Shown here one piece after another: positions 37,018 through 49,597 of a DNA stretch of 64,000 nt. The notes beneath the pieces were generated by a model. It saw only the letters and a program-made list of their open reading frames with translations. It searched no databases and was not told the DNA's origin. A program made the translations under genes and the position numbers. Source of the stretch: Mobula birostris (taxonomy: Eukaryota); NCBI RefSeq assembly GCF_030028105.1, contig NC_092371.1, forward strand, positions 213,402,031 to 213,466,030. The letters are read 5' to 3'. Position 1 is the stretch's first letter. The number at the start of each line of letters is the position of its first letter.

Positions 37018-38240
37018 TAACATACAGAAAATGCTGGAGGGAACTCAGCAGGACAGGTGATATCTATGAAAATGAATAAACAGCCCATGTGTCGGGCTGA
37101 GACCCTTCTTCAGGACTGGAAAGAAAGGGAGAAGACACCAGAATAAAAAATGTGGGGGGAGGGGAGGGAGGATAGCTGGAAGGTGATAGATAAAGCCAAG
37201 TGAGTGGGAAAGATAATGGGCAGGAGAGGAAGGAATTTGATAGGAGAGGAGAGTGAATCATCAAAGAAAAGGAAGGAGGAGGGGACCCAGTGGGAGATGA
37301 TGGGCAGGTGAGAAGAGGAGAGAGGCCAGAGTGGGGAATACAAGGAGAGGAGAGGGGGGTAGGGAAGGAGAAATTGATGTTCGTGCCATCAGGTTGGAGG
37401 CTACCCAGATAGAATATAGGTGTTGCTCCTCCATCCTGAGGGTGGTCTCATTGTGGCACCGGAGGAGGCCATAGACTGGCATGTCGGAATGGGAATGGGA
37501 ATCGGCCTGAAACGTCGACTGCACCTCTTCCTACAGATGCTGCCTGGCCTGCTGCGTTCACCAGCAACTTTGATGTGTGTTGCTTGAATTTCCAGCATCT
37601 GCAGAATTCCTGTTTGCGTTTATTGGTATTATAATGTTTGGCCACTGGGAAGTTCTGCTTTTGGCGGATGGAGAGAAAGTGCTGAGCGAAGCTGTCCCCC
37701 AGTTGCGACGGGTCTCACATGTACAGGAGGCCACACCAGGAGCACTGGACACCAGTAGAAGACATCAGCAGCACTCACAACACGCTGGAGGAACTCAGCA
37801 GGTTGGGCAGCATCCGTGGAAAAGAACAGACAACGTTTCAGGCTGGAACCCTTTGACAGGACCTGACGAAGGGTTCCGGCCCGAAACGTCTGTTCTTTTC
37901 CACAGATGCTACCCGACCTGCTGAGTTCCTCCAGTGTGTTGTGAGTGTTGCTTTGACCCCAGCATCTGCAGAGTATTTTGTGAAGATATCAGCAGATTTG
38001 CAGGCCAAGTGCTGCCTCACCTGGAAGGGCTGTTTGGGGCCCTAGATGGAGGTGAATGGGCAGGTGTAAGGTCACTTTGGCCACTTGCAGGGATAAGTAG
38101 TGGAGAGGGACGAATCATCAATGGAATCATGAAGGGAGCAATCCCTGCAGAAAGCAGGGGTGGGATAAGGCTGTACAGAAATTTTGTTGTAGTACGATCC
38201 CTTTGGAGATGGCAGAAGTTGCGGAGCATGATGTGTTGGT
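37018..38240 (-). mobile_element. Penelope-like element (GIY-YIG region plus pLTR) with two nested pLTR inserts
   Basis: Minus strand encodes SHSHSDMPVYGLLRCHNETTLRMEEQHL and is colinear with the copy at 49598-50425; inserts at about 37503-37620 and 37768-37980. Confidence 0.82.
37863..37890 (+). ncRNA. Minimal type I hammerhead ribozyme core (Penelope-type); stem I disrupted in this copy
   Basis: CTGACGA-a-GGG-ttccgg-CCC-GAAA-cg-TC: conserved core boxes, stem II and palindromic ACGT stem III. Confidence 0.6.
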
Positions 38241-40914
38241 CTATTTTCAATGTGGTTTGTTAAAAATACAAATGGTCATCAATATCCTTTAAGGGATAGT
38301 GACATCAGACTCCTCTCAACGTGAATGACTCTCAGCAGATCTTCAAGTAAGCTACTCATTGATACTAGCAAGTGGATATACAGAATTGGCAGCTGTATCA
38401 GTGGTATCACGAGGTCAAGAATATTAACTGGCGGCTTTTACTGGAATTACTGGACGTTTAACGTTTGCTGTGATACTAGGTGGACTTCGACGTGTATTGG
38501 TAGCAAACTTCCAAGTTCCTATTTACATTTATTTTCACTTGTTAAATTTTGAATTGTACCCAAAGAGCTTTTACTATTTTGTGTTCATAAGAAGCACTAA
38601 AAGCATTCAGTTAGTGATAGAATAGTGACCAAACAGAATCAATACTTGTATGTTTAATTTCCCACTGAGCAAAGAAAGAATGTCTGTTGAAAAGAGGTAA
38701 GGTGGGTTGAATATTAGTGTCTCTTGATCCAAGGTAGGATTATGCTGTCATTGTTATGGGCCTTATCAGAGTATCGGCACATCCTGTGCTGCTACTGCCT
38801 AAACTTGTAGCTGACACTGTATGAAATTACTGCAGTAATCTGCACGTGGTGCTACGTAATCATTTGTGTGACTCAAAGAATCTTTGCAATAAAATAGAAT
38901 TAATAAAATTGCTGTGTTCCAATCATTTATACCCAAAACTTTATCTGTTGGATCAGTCTTGCTGTTTTGGAAAGTGTAAGATTTTGATAAGTATGATTTA
39001 TGCCCTAAATTAGTTTCAAAATATTTCAAATTCAGAATATTTTAGGATCCCTTTGATCAGGTTACCGGGAGCCATTAGCTTCAGCTGTTATCTGGGTTAG
39101 TATGAAATTTGCTGTAATGGTTCGGAGAAGTGCTGTGGTGCAGTAGAAAGCACAAAGACCAACCTGAAAGTTAAACAGCTGAGCCCACCTTCATTGTTCT
39201 TGAACACTGAGGTGGGAGGCCCTGCCAAAGGCACCATTGTTAGGTCTCATCTGTTTTTCTCTTGCTTTATAACTCTTCCAGAGATTTACACAAAATCAGC
39301 TGTCAAGGAATTCAGTTTTTATTGTAAAAGGTTATTAATTAGAATTGGAAAAAATAGCAATGAATTGTCAGAGAGGATTTTCATAATAATTTAGGAGTCT
39401 CTACCAGCACTTGAGAATCCTCTGGCTCTATGTGAGTAAATCAGGGGAATAGTATTCCAATATCCCTTCTGGGCTTTTCCCCTGTGATAAAATGCATTTT
39501 TATGTAATCTCTTTGGTCATTATGTTGGTAAATATTTGAACCCCAAGAAGAGGATAGCACTTAAATGACAGAAGCCTTACATGGCGTAATAGAGGAGCAA
39601 GCTTATGAACCTTTTTCATGGGGTTGTTATTGTGGTACAGAAGAGAAAACTCCAGGGGATGAAAAACTGCTTTACAAAACCAGGCCAGCTTTTTTGTCAT
39701 GCAGTTTGCAACATGACAATACATTAATGATACAGAGCATATTTAGCATACATAGCAGCTTCAGAGCTGATCTTTTTACAGCAACTTTCCAGAACCCTGA
39801 GGTTTGTCCACATGCCCTTCTGTTTCAACTAAAAGGTTGAGAGTGTCAGTACAAAAATCTACCATTATGCTGCAGTGCAGCTCTGAGAGACTAGACCCGG
39901 CAATAGTTCCGCATTTTGCATGAGAACGTAAAGTACGGACCCGTTTGTTCTATTGTGTGAGCCAATTGCAAAGAAAGGAGGGGAGGTCAATATTTTTTTA
40001 ATATCAGTATTATATTTTTAAATGACTCAGGCACTGTCACATTACTGTTTGTGGGATATCGTATCCAATCGGATATCCTGAGGCTGTTAAAGATGCATTA
40101 TTAAAGCCTTTTTCTTCCACAGTAATGAGGACACTAATAAATAGGCATAACTTTCCAAAATATTTTTAGATTTCTGAAATAGCTTTGGGTTGACGTAGAT
40201 CTTCAGTGGGCAAATAAAGTAATTAAACAGGTTCAAATTCAGTATTGTCCTGATAAAACCATGAGCAATTACTTTTGTGTTCAATTTTTAAAAACATATG
40301 ATGACTTTTTATGAATTATGTTAGAGTGATTAATTGTATAGATGCTGAGTTAAAATAAATATGAAACATAGCATAAATTGAAGATGTTTTTCATTGCTAA
40401 AACATTGGTTGCTTTGCAAATTGGTTGAGTGCATCAAACAATGGTTAAGTAGAACTGTGTTGAAGCTCCCTCTCCTGGTCCATTTACTATCATTCTTCTG
40501 GTTTCCACCATTATTTTTTGTGACATCTGTGCAGCGTTCAACAGATCTATTACCACGGCAACAGACTCTGTTTCACCCTTTGATTATCTGAGGAGAACCA
40601 GTGGGGTTAAGGGTCAGTTGCATATTGTCACGCAGCTGCTTGAAAATCAGCTGCTGGCCTTGGCTATTGCGAGGAGGTATTGGAGGCAGCTAGGTTAAGC
40701 AGCTCTGAATAACTGCCAGCTGTGTGCATCATAGCAGTATAGCAGCATAGCCCAGGGGCCCTAAGGTCAATGTCATTAGCTTTGTCCTCAGTCCACCCCT
40801 TTCCCCACTCAGATCTAAGACAGTACTTTATTCCAGTCATATTCAGTTCAATTTCTGGAGTCATATATTCCATTTGATGCAACGTCTGCGTTGTGCTTTA
40901 GATATTTTAAAGAG

Positions 40915-41190
40915 CGATTAGCCTTATTTGTCACATGTACATCGAAAGATAAAGTGAAATGCATCATTGTGTCACCGAGCAACATGAGCAACATTGCGGG
41001 CTGTCCGCGAGTGTTGCCAGGCTTCCAGCGCCAACGTAGCTTGCCCACAACTTGCTAGCCCTAACCTGTGTTGTGTGTCTTTGGAATGTGGGAGGAAAGT
41101 GGAGCACCCAGAGGAAAGCCCCACGGTCACGGGGAGAACGTGAATCTGGTTCACTAGCACTGTAATAGTATTACGCTACTGTGCCACTCC
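40915..41190 (-). mobile_element. HE1/V-SINE-related fragment with a different tail
   Basis: tctttggaatgtgggaggaaagtggagcacccagaggaaagccccacggtcacggggagaac is the reverse complement of the V core. Confidence 0.7.
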
Positions 41191-41267
41191 AGTGCTGTTG
41201 CCGCATTCTGACTCGTACGCAGTGATTGCTTACTTTTAGGCAATGATTCTGATGTGCACACTAAATC

Positions 41268-41508
41268 AGGGGTAAATGCAAGCAGGCTTTTTCCACTGAG
41301 GTTGGCGGGACTACAGGGAAAGGTCATGGGTTAAGGGTTGAAAGGTGAAAAGTTGAAGGGGAATATCCCCAATCAAAGGGTCGTGAGAGTGTGGAACAAG
41401 CTGCCAGTACAAGTGCAGGTCGATGGGAGCAGGCAGTTTAAAGGATTCAGCATGGACTAGAGGGGGCCAAAGGGCCTGTTTCTGTGCTGTACTTCTCTAT
41501 GACTCTAC
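41268..41508 (+). mobile_element. CR1 3' end fragment
   Basis: aatgcaagcaggctttttccactgag...gggcctgtttctgtgctgta, as at 18007-18320. Confidence 0.8.
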
Positions 41509-43327
41509 AGTAAGCTAGATGGATGGTGACAAGAAAAAAAAATCACATCTTTAAAACCACTGACTAAAATTCTTTCCGCCGGTTGCTTTTTTGGGTTGTG
41601 CTGTTACACGCATAACTGCCATTTTCCATTATTATTCATGAAGAACAAAATGTATTCTGCTTATGAAGAATATAATGTATTTTAAAAAGAGGGGAAATTA
41701 ATTAAAATGTGTAGTGGTAGATAGGATCAAAAGGATGTTAGTAAGCTAACAGTTCCATGAAGATGGATGTATTTAACTCACTGTGTTATTTTTATATGTT
41801 GATCATTTAGTCGGGCTGTGTGACTGCTTCATATTTCTGATTTTGTTTATTTAAATATGATCATGCTGAAGTTAAATATGCTTAAAATATGAATGAATGA
41901 TGCTGAATATTTGACTGTTTTATAGCTGACATCTTCATACTGCACACACTATCTTGAATGTAATCTGTAGCAGTTTAGACAATTAGACCACACGTATTCA
42001 GTCCAGGCTCACTGCCTCTTTGCTTTTCTGTCCCTCTGCATTACGTCTTATTGCTTTAATTGTCACTGAAATCAAGAAGCTGGACAGTAAGAATTTTTCA
42101 AGGAAATAATGTAGAGTATCAGAACTTTACAGTTAATCTACTTTATTGAATAGAACAATATTTTTCACGGTGGCTCTCACTGAAATAAGAACACAAGAAA
42201 TAGGAGCAGGAGTAGGCCATCTGGTCCCTTAAGCCTGCTCAATAAGATCATGGCTAATCTAGCCAGAGTATCTTCCCCCTGCTTTCTTCACCCGCCTCTT
42301 CCACCCGTCCCCCTATTCCCCCCCTCCTCAGTCCTCCTCCCCTCCCCCCATACGCTTTCTCCTCTCCCCTCTCCCTTACCTCCCTTCTAACATTCCTCTG
42401 ATCCTCCCTAAGCTACACATTTGAAGGGCCAAGTGGCCTAATTCTGCTCCTATGCACAAAAAATAAACAAAGCATTGGTCTTTTTTTCTGTCTCTGCTCA
42501 GTAGCTTTTAGGGAAGCTATTGTTTGGCTAAATGGGCTGAAAATTTCCGCAGACACGGGAGATTCTGCAGATGCTAGAAATCTTTGAGCAACACGTACAA
42601 AGTAGTGGAAGAATTTTGTTTATCCAGCATTTTGTGGGTATTGCAGAAGATTTCTACACAGCTGCCCCTTCAGCAGAGGACTGAGGAGTAGCTCTGATGG
42701 AATTTCAAGCATGATACCTGATCATACCTTAATAAAAAATCTATCTGCACGTTTTCTGTCTCTCCTCATTGATTTCTTGTCACATTTTTGTTTCAGCTTT
42801 CCCTGTTAAATTCATCTGTCTGTATTTATAATGGATTATGCCTGTGACCTCATTTTCTTGATCGTAGTCTAAAAAATGAAAAAGCTGCAGTTTCATATAA
42901 TTAAATTTAACCTTTAATAATTAAGCTTACAAATTTAAAAAATCAAAGTTTTCATTTAAAGATTGCAACTTTTCCATTTTAGAGTTAATACTAATGTCTA
43001 TATCTGTGAATCCTGAACTGAGTTTACATTGTTGAATTTTAGCATGTGTATTTTGTCTAAATCTCCAGGATATTTCACTGATAGCTGTGCTGAAACAGTA
43101 CCTTCCTGAGATGCATAGCACCTGTGCTTATATTGTTTCTTAAAGAATTTATGAAATACAAGGTTACATTTTTATTTGGTAGTGTCCTTATCAATATGGA
43201 AGAGTAAATACTGTGCAATATCAATTCTATATCTGTTGTAACCACCAGACTGAAGTTAGTAAACATACATATTGAAGCCAGTAAACAACATATTGAATAG
43301 GCAAAAGCAACTTGGTTTTAAATTATA

Positions 43328-44845
43328 GTTCAAAATAAATTTATTATCAAAGTACATATACATCACCATATACAACCCTGAGATTCATTTTCTTATGGGG
43401 ATTCACAGTAAATACAAAGAAACACAATGGAATCAGTGAAAGACCGCACCCTAGAAGACGAACAAACACCAACGTGCAAAAGACAACAACCTGTGCAAAT
43501 ACAAAAGGAGAATTAAAAAAAATAATAAATAGCAAAAATATCAAGAACATGAGATGAAAAGTCTTTGAAAGTGAGACCAGAGGTTGTGGGAACAGTTTGT
43601 GTTGGAGTGAGTGAACTTCAGCAAAGATATCCCCTCTGGTTCAAGAGCCTGATGGTTGAGGAGTAATAACTGTTCCTGCACTTGGTGCTGTTGGCTTTGA
43701 CTCTCCTGTAGCTCATTCCTGATGGCAGCAGTGAAAAGGGAGCATGGCCTGGATGGTGGGAGTCCTTTTCTGCGCTAGCACTCCACGTAGATGTGCTGAA
43801 TCGTGGGCAGGTCTTTATCTGTGATGGACTGGGCGGTATATTGTGGGCTTTCTGCTCAAGAACACTGGTGTTTCCATACCAGGCTGTGCTGCAACCAGTC
43901 AATATACTCTCCACTGCACATCTATAGAAGTTTGTCAAAGCTTTAGACCACATGCCAAATCTTCACAAACTTCTAAGAAAGTCGAGGCACTGCTGTGCTT
44001 TCTTTGTAACAGCGCTTGCGTGCTGGACCCAGGACAGATCCACTGCAGTGATAACACCGAAGAATTTAAGCTGCTGATTCTCTCCACCCCAGATCCCCTG
44101 AAGAGGACTGGCTCATGGACCTCCAGTTTCTTCCTCCTGAAGTCAATAATCAGCCCCTTGATCATGCTGACGCTATTGAAAGGTGGTTGTTGTGCACCAC
44201 GCAGCCAGGTTTTCAATCTCTTTCCGATATGCTGATTCGTCACCACTTTTGACTTGGCTAACAACAGTGGTGTCATCAGCAAACCTGAACATGGTGTTGG
44301 AGCTGTGCTTAGCCACACAGTCATAAGTGTTAAGTGAGTAGAACAGGGGGCTAAGCACACAGCCTTGTGGTGCACCTGTGCTGATGGAGATTGTGGAGGA
44401 GATGTTGTTGCCAATCCGAACTGACTGAGAAATCAGCAAGCAAGGAAATCAAGGATCCAGTTGATCTAGTTCCTGAAGCTTATTGATTAGCTTTGAGGGA
44501 ATATTAGAATATTGAATGCCAAGCTGTAGTCAATGAAGAGCATCCTGGTGTATGCATCTTTACTGTTCAGGTGTTCCAGAATTGAGTAAGAGGAAATGAA
44601 ATGGCAGCTGATGTTAACCTGTTGTGCCGGTAGGCAAATTGGAATGGATCCAAGTTGTTTCTCAGGCAGGAGTTGATATGTTTCATCACCAACTCCTCAA
44701 AACACTTCATCACAGTGGATGTAAGTGCTGCTGGACAATAGTCATTGAGGCAGGTTACCACATTCTTCTTAGGCACTGATATGATTGAAGCCTGCTTGAA
44801 GCAGGTGGGTACCTCAGACTGCCAAGGTGAAAGGTTAAAGACAGC
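43328..44845 (-). mobile_element. Rex1/Babar LINE (RT to 3' end)
   Basis: Minus ORFs: VPTCFKQASII..DPFQFAYR; SVRIGNNISSTISISTGAPQGCVLSPLFYSL..FADDTTVV; NFYRCAVESILTG. Confidence 0.92.
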
Positions 44846-44859
44846 TGTGAAAGGAAAGG

Positions 44860-45900
44860 AATGAATATTCTGCATGGAGGTCGGTGACCAGTGGTGTGCC
44901 TCAGGGATCTGTTCTGGGACCCCTACTCTTCGTGAATTTATAAATGACCTGGATGAGGAAGTGGAGGGATGGGTTAGTAAGTTTGCTGATGACACAAAGG
45001 TTGGAGGTGTTGTGGATAGTGTGGAGGGCTGTCAGAGGTTACAGCGGGACATTGACAGGATGCAAAACTGGGCTGAGAAGTGGCAGATGGAGTTCGACCT
45101 AGATAAGTGTGAAGTGGTTCATTTTGGTAGGTCAAATATGATGGCAGGATATAGTATTAATGGTAAGACTCTTGGCAGTGTGGAGGATCAGAGGGATCTT
45201 GGGGTCCGAGTCCATAGGACACTCAAAGCAGCTGTGCAGGTTGACTCTGTGGTTAAGAAGGCATACGGTGTATTGGCCTTCATTAATTGTGGCATTGAAT
45301 TTAGGAGCCAAGAGATAATGTTGCAGCTATATAGGACCCTGGTCAGACCCCACTTGGAGTACTGTGCTCAGTTCTGGTCACCTCACTACAGGAAGGATGT
45401 GGAAGCCATAGAAAGGGTGCAGAGGAGATTTACAAGGATGTTGCCTGGATTGGGGAGCATGCCTTATGAAAGCAGGTTGAGTGAACTCGACCTTTTCTCC
45501 TTGGAGCAACAGAGAATGAGAGGTGACCTGATAGAGGTGTATAAGATTATGAGAGGCATTGATCGTGTGGATAGTCAGAGGCTTTTTCCCAGGGCTGAAA
45601 TGGTTGCTACAAGAGGACACAGGTTTAAGGTGCTGGGGAGCAGGTACAGAGGAGATGTCAGGGGTAAGTTTTTTTACTCAGAGAGTGGTGAGTGCGTGGA
45701 ATGGGCTGCTGGCAACGGTGGTGGAGGCAGATACGATGGGGTTTTTTAAGAGACTTTTGGATAAGTACATGGAACTTAGAAAAATAGAGGGCTATGGAGA
45801 AGCCTAGTAATTTCTAAGATAGGGACATGTTTGGCACAACTTTGTGGGCCGAAGGGCCTGTATTGTGCTGTAGATTTTCTATGTTTCTGTGTCTCTATGA
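44860..45900 (+). mobile_element. Young CR1 LINE 3' fragment
   Basis: ORF 44874-45749 with [17 protein letters not shown] and LVRPHLEYCAQFWSP; ttctatgtttctgtg tail. Confidence 0.95.
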
Positions 45901-46224
45901 ATTCTCTCCTTCTATATGACATAGACCATCCATTGTGGCTACTTCAACTCATGTAAATAATTGTGCCAAGGATTCTAAATGAAGGCATGGGTAAGGGAGA
46001 TACAAAGAGAAAGGAAGGTGCTTAGGCTTTTTATTTCTTCATTTCACATCCAAGTCTTAGCCTATTGATCAGTGGCTTTCGGGTTCCAGCTTTTATTGCA
46101 GAGACTGGAGCACGCAGTCCAGGCTGGCGCTGAAATATTATTGTGCAGTGGAGATGTTAGACTGTTAAATGTGCTACTCTCCAAATGAGATGGTAAGCTA
46201 TTGAGATGAACAACAAAGGTATTG

Positions 46225-47029
46225 TTGAGATTATTGTCATATGCAGATATACATGTATGCAAGTATGCAGTGAAAAACTTACTTGCAGCAGCATTCACAA
46301 GAAAAGCATAAATTAAGCATAGTACACAATTTTACAAGAAAGAATTCAAAAAAAGTAGAACAGAAGTCCATTTTGGTGCAAAGTGATCATAATGTTGCTA
46401 AACTGTAGTGATTAGGGCTTTACTGGTTGGTTCAGAACTGAATAGTTGAAGGGAAGTTGCTAATCTTGAACTGGATGGTGTGGTATATCAGGCTTCTGTA
46501 CTTCCTGCCCAATGGTAGCTGCAACGCATGGCATGATTTGGATGGTGGTGATCTTTGATGACTTATCATCTATCTTCGAAGCTAGATGCTGGTTTCCTGA
46601 GGCAGTGCCTCCTGTAGGCAGTACCGGCGGTAGGGAGGGATGTGCCTTTGACGTATTCAGAGGAATCCAGTACTCTCTGAAGCTTCCGACATGCATGTGA
46701 ATCGCTGTATGAGGCCAAGATGCAACCAGTCAGGATGCCTTCAACAGTAAATTCATCTCTAGACATTTGTTAGAGTGACGAGCCAACCTTTACTAATTTG
46801 CTAAGAAAGTAAAAGATGCTGGAGCACTTTCCTTGTGGTTGCATCTATGTGCTGGGCCGAGGACAGGTCTTCTAATATATTAGGAATTTAAAGCTCCATT
46901 GTAGATTAGTGCATGTTTGGCCCTGTTCCCCTTCCTGAAGTCAACAATTAGCTGTTTAGTTTTGCTGACGTTGAGCAAGAGATTGTTGTTTATAGCTCCA
47001 TGCAACCAGGTGTCCAATGGGGTGCTGAC
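46225..47029 (-). mobile_element. Rex1/Babar LINE 3' fragment, degenerate
   Basis: Minus TVEGILTGCILASY..RKLQRV; tail shared with 54520-54680. Confidence 0.75.
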
Positions 47030-47032
47030 TTA

Positions 47033-47747
47033 AGGCTGATTTATACTTGTGCATACTAGCCTACGCAAGTGGGCTACGCCATTGTGAGCATTTATACTTG
47101 TGCGTTGGTGTGTCTGCGTCGCTCTGCAATTCACCGCCAAAATGCTCTTTGGCGGTGGGGTTTCTATGCCACTGTATGAAACTCAACACGAAGAAACTCA
47201 AACTTCAAACAATGGCGACTGAAGCTGAAGGAGGGTGAATTTTCTGTGCTTGTCCGGCCACTGAGAGACATGGATGAGGAAATGCATTTCAAATATTTTC
47301 GGATGTCGGCAGATAGATTTGACGATTTGGTTCATCGTCTCCAACCATTTATTTCGCGTCAGTATATGCACAGTGTGCTCAGAGACTGGCAATCGCCATT
47401 CGAGTTTTAGCTTCAGGTGGAAGTCAACAGGCTGTAGCAGCTAGCTACAAACTGGCATCAAGCACAGGGTCCTCCATAATTCCGGAGGTCTGTAAAGCTT
47501 TATGGAAAGCATTGCAGCCAGAGTTCCTTCCCTGCCCTTCATTTGCCCAATGGGAAGCTATTGCAGCGTAGGAGGAAATGCGATGTTCCCAAGTGGACCA
47601 ATCACAGTTGTTTCAGTCTGCATCGCCGCAATGCATAGTCACTTTTTGGGAGAGGTGCGCGTTAGGCTATGGCATAGGGTTCGGCGTAGGGTATGCTGCT
47701 ACGCCGTACCTACGGTGTACATTTGACGCTCAAGTATAAATCAGCCT
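47033..47747 (+). mobile_element. PIF/Harbinger non-autonomous element with a transposase N-terminal remnant
   Basis: Perfect 17-bp TIR aggctgatttatacttg/caagtataaatcagcct and TTA TSD (47030-47032, 47748-47750). Internal [21 protein letters not shown]...[38 protein letters not shown]. Confidence 0.93.
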
Positions 47748-47819
47748 TTATTGATTATCAATGAGCCACAGGAGAGTAGGTGAATCCTCCATCTCTCTTC
47801 CAACTACTGAGGCAAATTA

Positions 47820-47980
47820 CACTGGTCTAGAAAAGTTGTGAACCCCGTAGAATTTTCTCTATTTCTGCATAAATATGTCCTAAAATGTGATCAGATCTTC
47901 ACGTAAGTCCTAAAACTAGATAAAGAGAACACAATTAAATAAATAAAACACAAACATTATACTTGTTCATTTATTTATTG
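47820..47980. mobile_element. Tc1-type terminal fragment
   Basis: TA|cactggtctagaaaagttgtgaacccc resembles a Tc1 end; no partner end seen. Confidence 0.55.
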
Positions 47981-47989
47981 TGAATTCAA

Positions 47990-48530
47990 ATTCAAGACAA
48001 ATCAAATAAGATCAAGTTTAATTATTCAAACCATATGTAAATACAGATGAATGAGACAGCGTCCTTCTGGGGCCAAGGAGCAAAACGTTCAAAATAGTGA
48101 GTAATACAGTTCCAAATGCAGACCAAATAAGCATATTCACTTAAAAAAAACATGTATAGTGCAAGACCCTGAGCGACAATATCCAGCAATTGATGGTAGA
48201 GTCTCCCGGCAGTGTACAGATGCGCGCAATCCAGCCTGTCATTCCACCACTCAAACACAAGAGGGCAGCAATGAAGGGCGAGGCCAGGCCCTAGCTGATC
48301 TCAACCACTTCCGCCTCAGCCAACCCTTTGACGCCTTGGCCGGCTCTGCTGCTGACACCAGTCCAGCTACTCAGATCAACAAGCAGCTCACTGATGGAGC
48401 AGCCCTGAAGGCTGCAGGACCCGATGTTTTTGGAGCAGAACTGTCTTTGGATCGTTAAAAACAAATTTTACATCGAAAAAAGCACCTTGAGACCGCTGTG
48501 TTCGCACGCGCCACCACCTTACTGGAAATT
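47990..48530 (-). mobile_element. LINE-tailed (Rex1-type) non-coding repeat
   Basis: Antisense 3' tail (tcaagtttaattatt...atgaatgagacagcgtcc) resembling the tail at 5980-6088. Confidence 0.45.
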
Positions 48531-48899
48531 TTAAGTTAAAATATTTCTAATGATTTTATATCACTTAAGGGCTCATGTACAAAGATCGGGTAACGAATTA
48601 GAAGATTAGGTCTGTATATTGTCCTTTGATTGCTGTCTGCAGAAACTAATAGAAGTGAAACAATGAAATAATTGATTGCTGACGCAGTTTTCAGAGATGA
48701 ACAAAACACAATGCCCTGTCCCAAGGGTTTTATTAGTTATTTTGGGCCACAAATTAAGGAAAGGCAACCAAATTGTGATTTGATTTGGAAATTCTTTGCG
48801 TGTGTTTCAAACTCTCAATATTGAATCGTTAGAACGATGGGGTAAGAAAATCAGACACCTTCATGACCTCATTATTTCTTCCCCAACCCAACAAAGAAA

Positions 48900-49597
48900 C
48901 CCTACACATCTTTGTTAATTACGAGAACATGTACTGAGAACAGGATCTGTAGGAAGAGGTGCAGTCGACGTTTCAGGCCGAGACCCTTCGTCAGGTCTCG
49001 GCCTGAAACGTCGACTGCACCTCTTTCTACAGATGCTGCCTGGCCTGCTGCGTTCACCAGCAACTTTGATGTGTGTTGCTTGAGTTTCCAGCATCTGCAG
49101 AGTTGCTGTTGTTTACTGAGAACAGGAGATGGGATGTTATGTTGAAGTTTTGTAAGACATTGGTGAGGCCCAATTTGGAGTATTGTGTCACCTACAATAC
49201 CTACAGGAAAGATATCAATAAGATTGAAAGAGTGCAAAGAAAATTTACAAGAAAAGTTACCAGGACTTCAGGACTGAAGTTATAAGGAAAGGCTGAACAG
49301 GTCTGTATTTTATTCCCTAGAGCACAGAAGAATGAGGGGAGATTTGAAAGAGATATTTTTATATAAAATTATGAGGGGTATAGATAAGGGTAAATGGAAG
49401 CAGGCTTTTTCCACAAAGGTTGGGTGAGGCTAGAGCTAGAGGTCATGTGTTAAGGGTTAAGGGTGAAAGATGAAACATTTAGGGGAACATGAGGGTGAAC
49501 TTCTTCACTCAGAGGGTGGTGAGAGTGTGGAATGAGGGGTCAGCGTAAGTGAATGATGCGGGTTTGATTTCAACACTTAAGAAAAATTTGGATAAGT
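48900..49597 (+). mobile_element. CR1 3' fragment, degenerate
   Basis: WDVMLKFCKTLVRPNLEYCV..DINKIERVQRKFTR. Confidence 0.85.
48946..49113. mobile_element. Inverted Penelope pLTR pair with 14-bp TSD, inserted into CR1
   Basis: TSD tactgagaacagga at 48932-48945 and 49114-49127. Palindrome about 48945-49034; minus strand reads CTGACGAagggtctcggcctGAAACGTCgactg. Confidence 0.88.
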
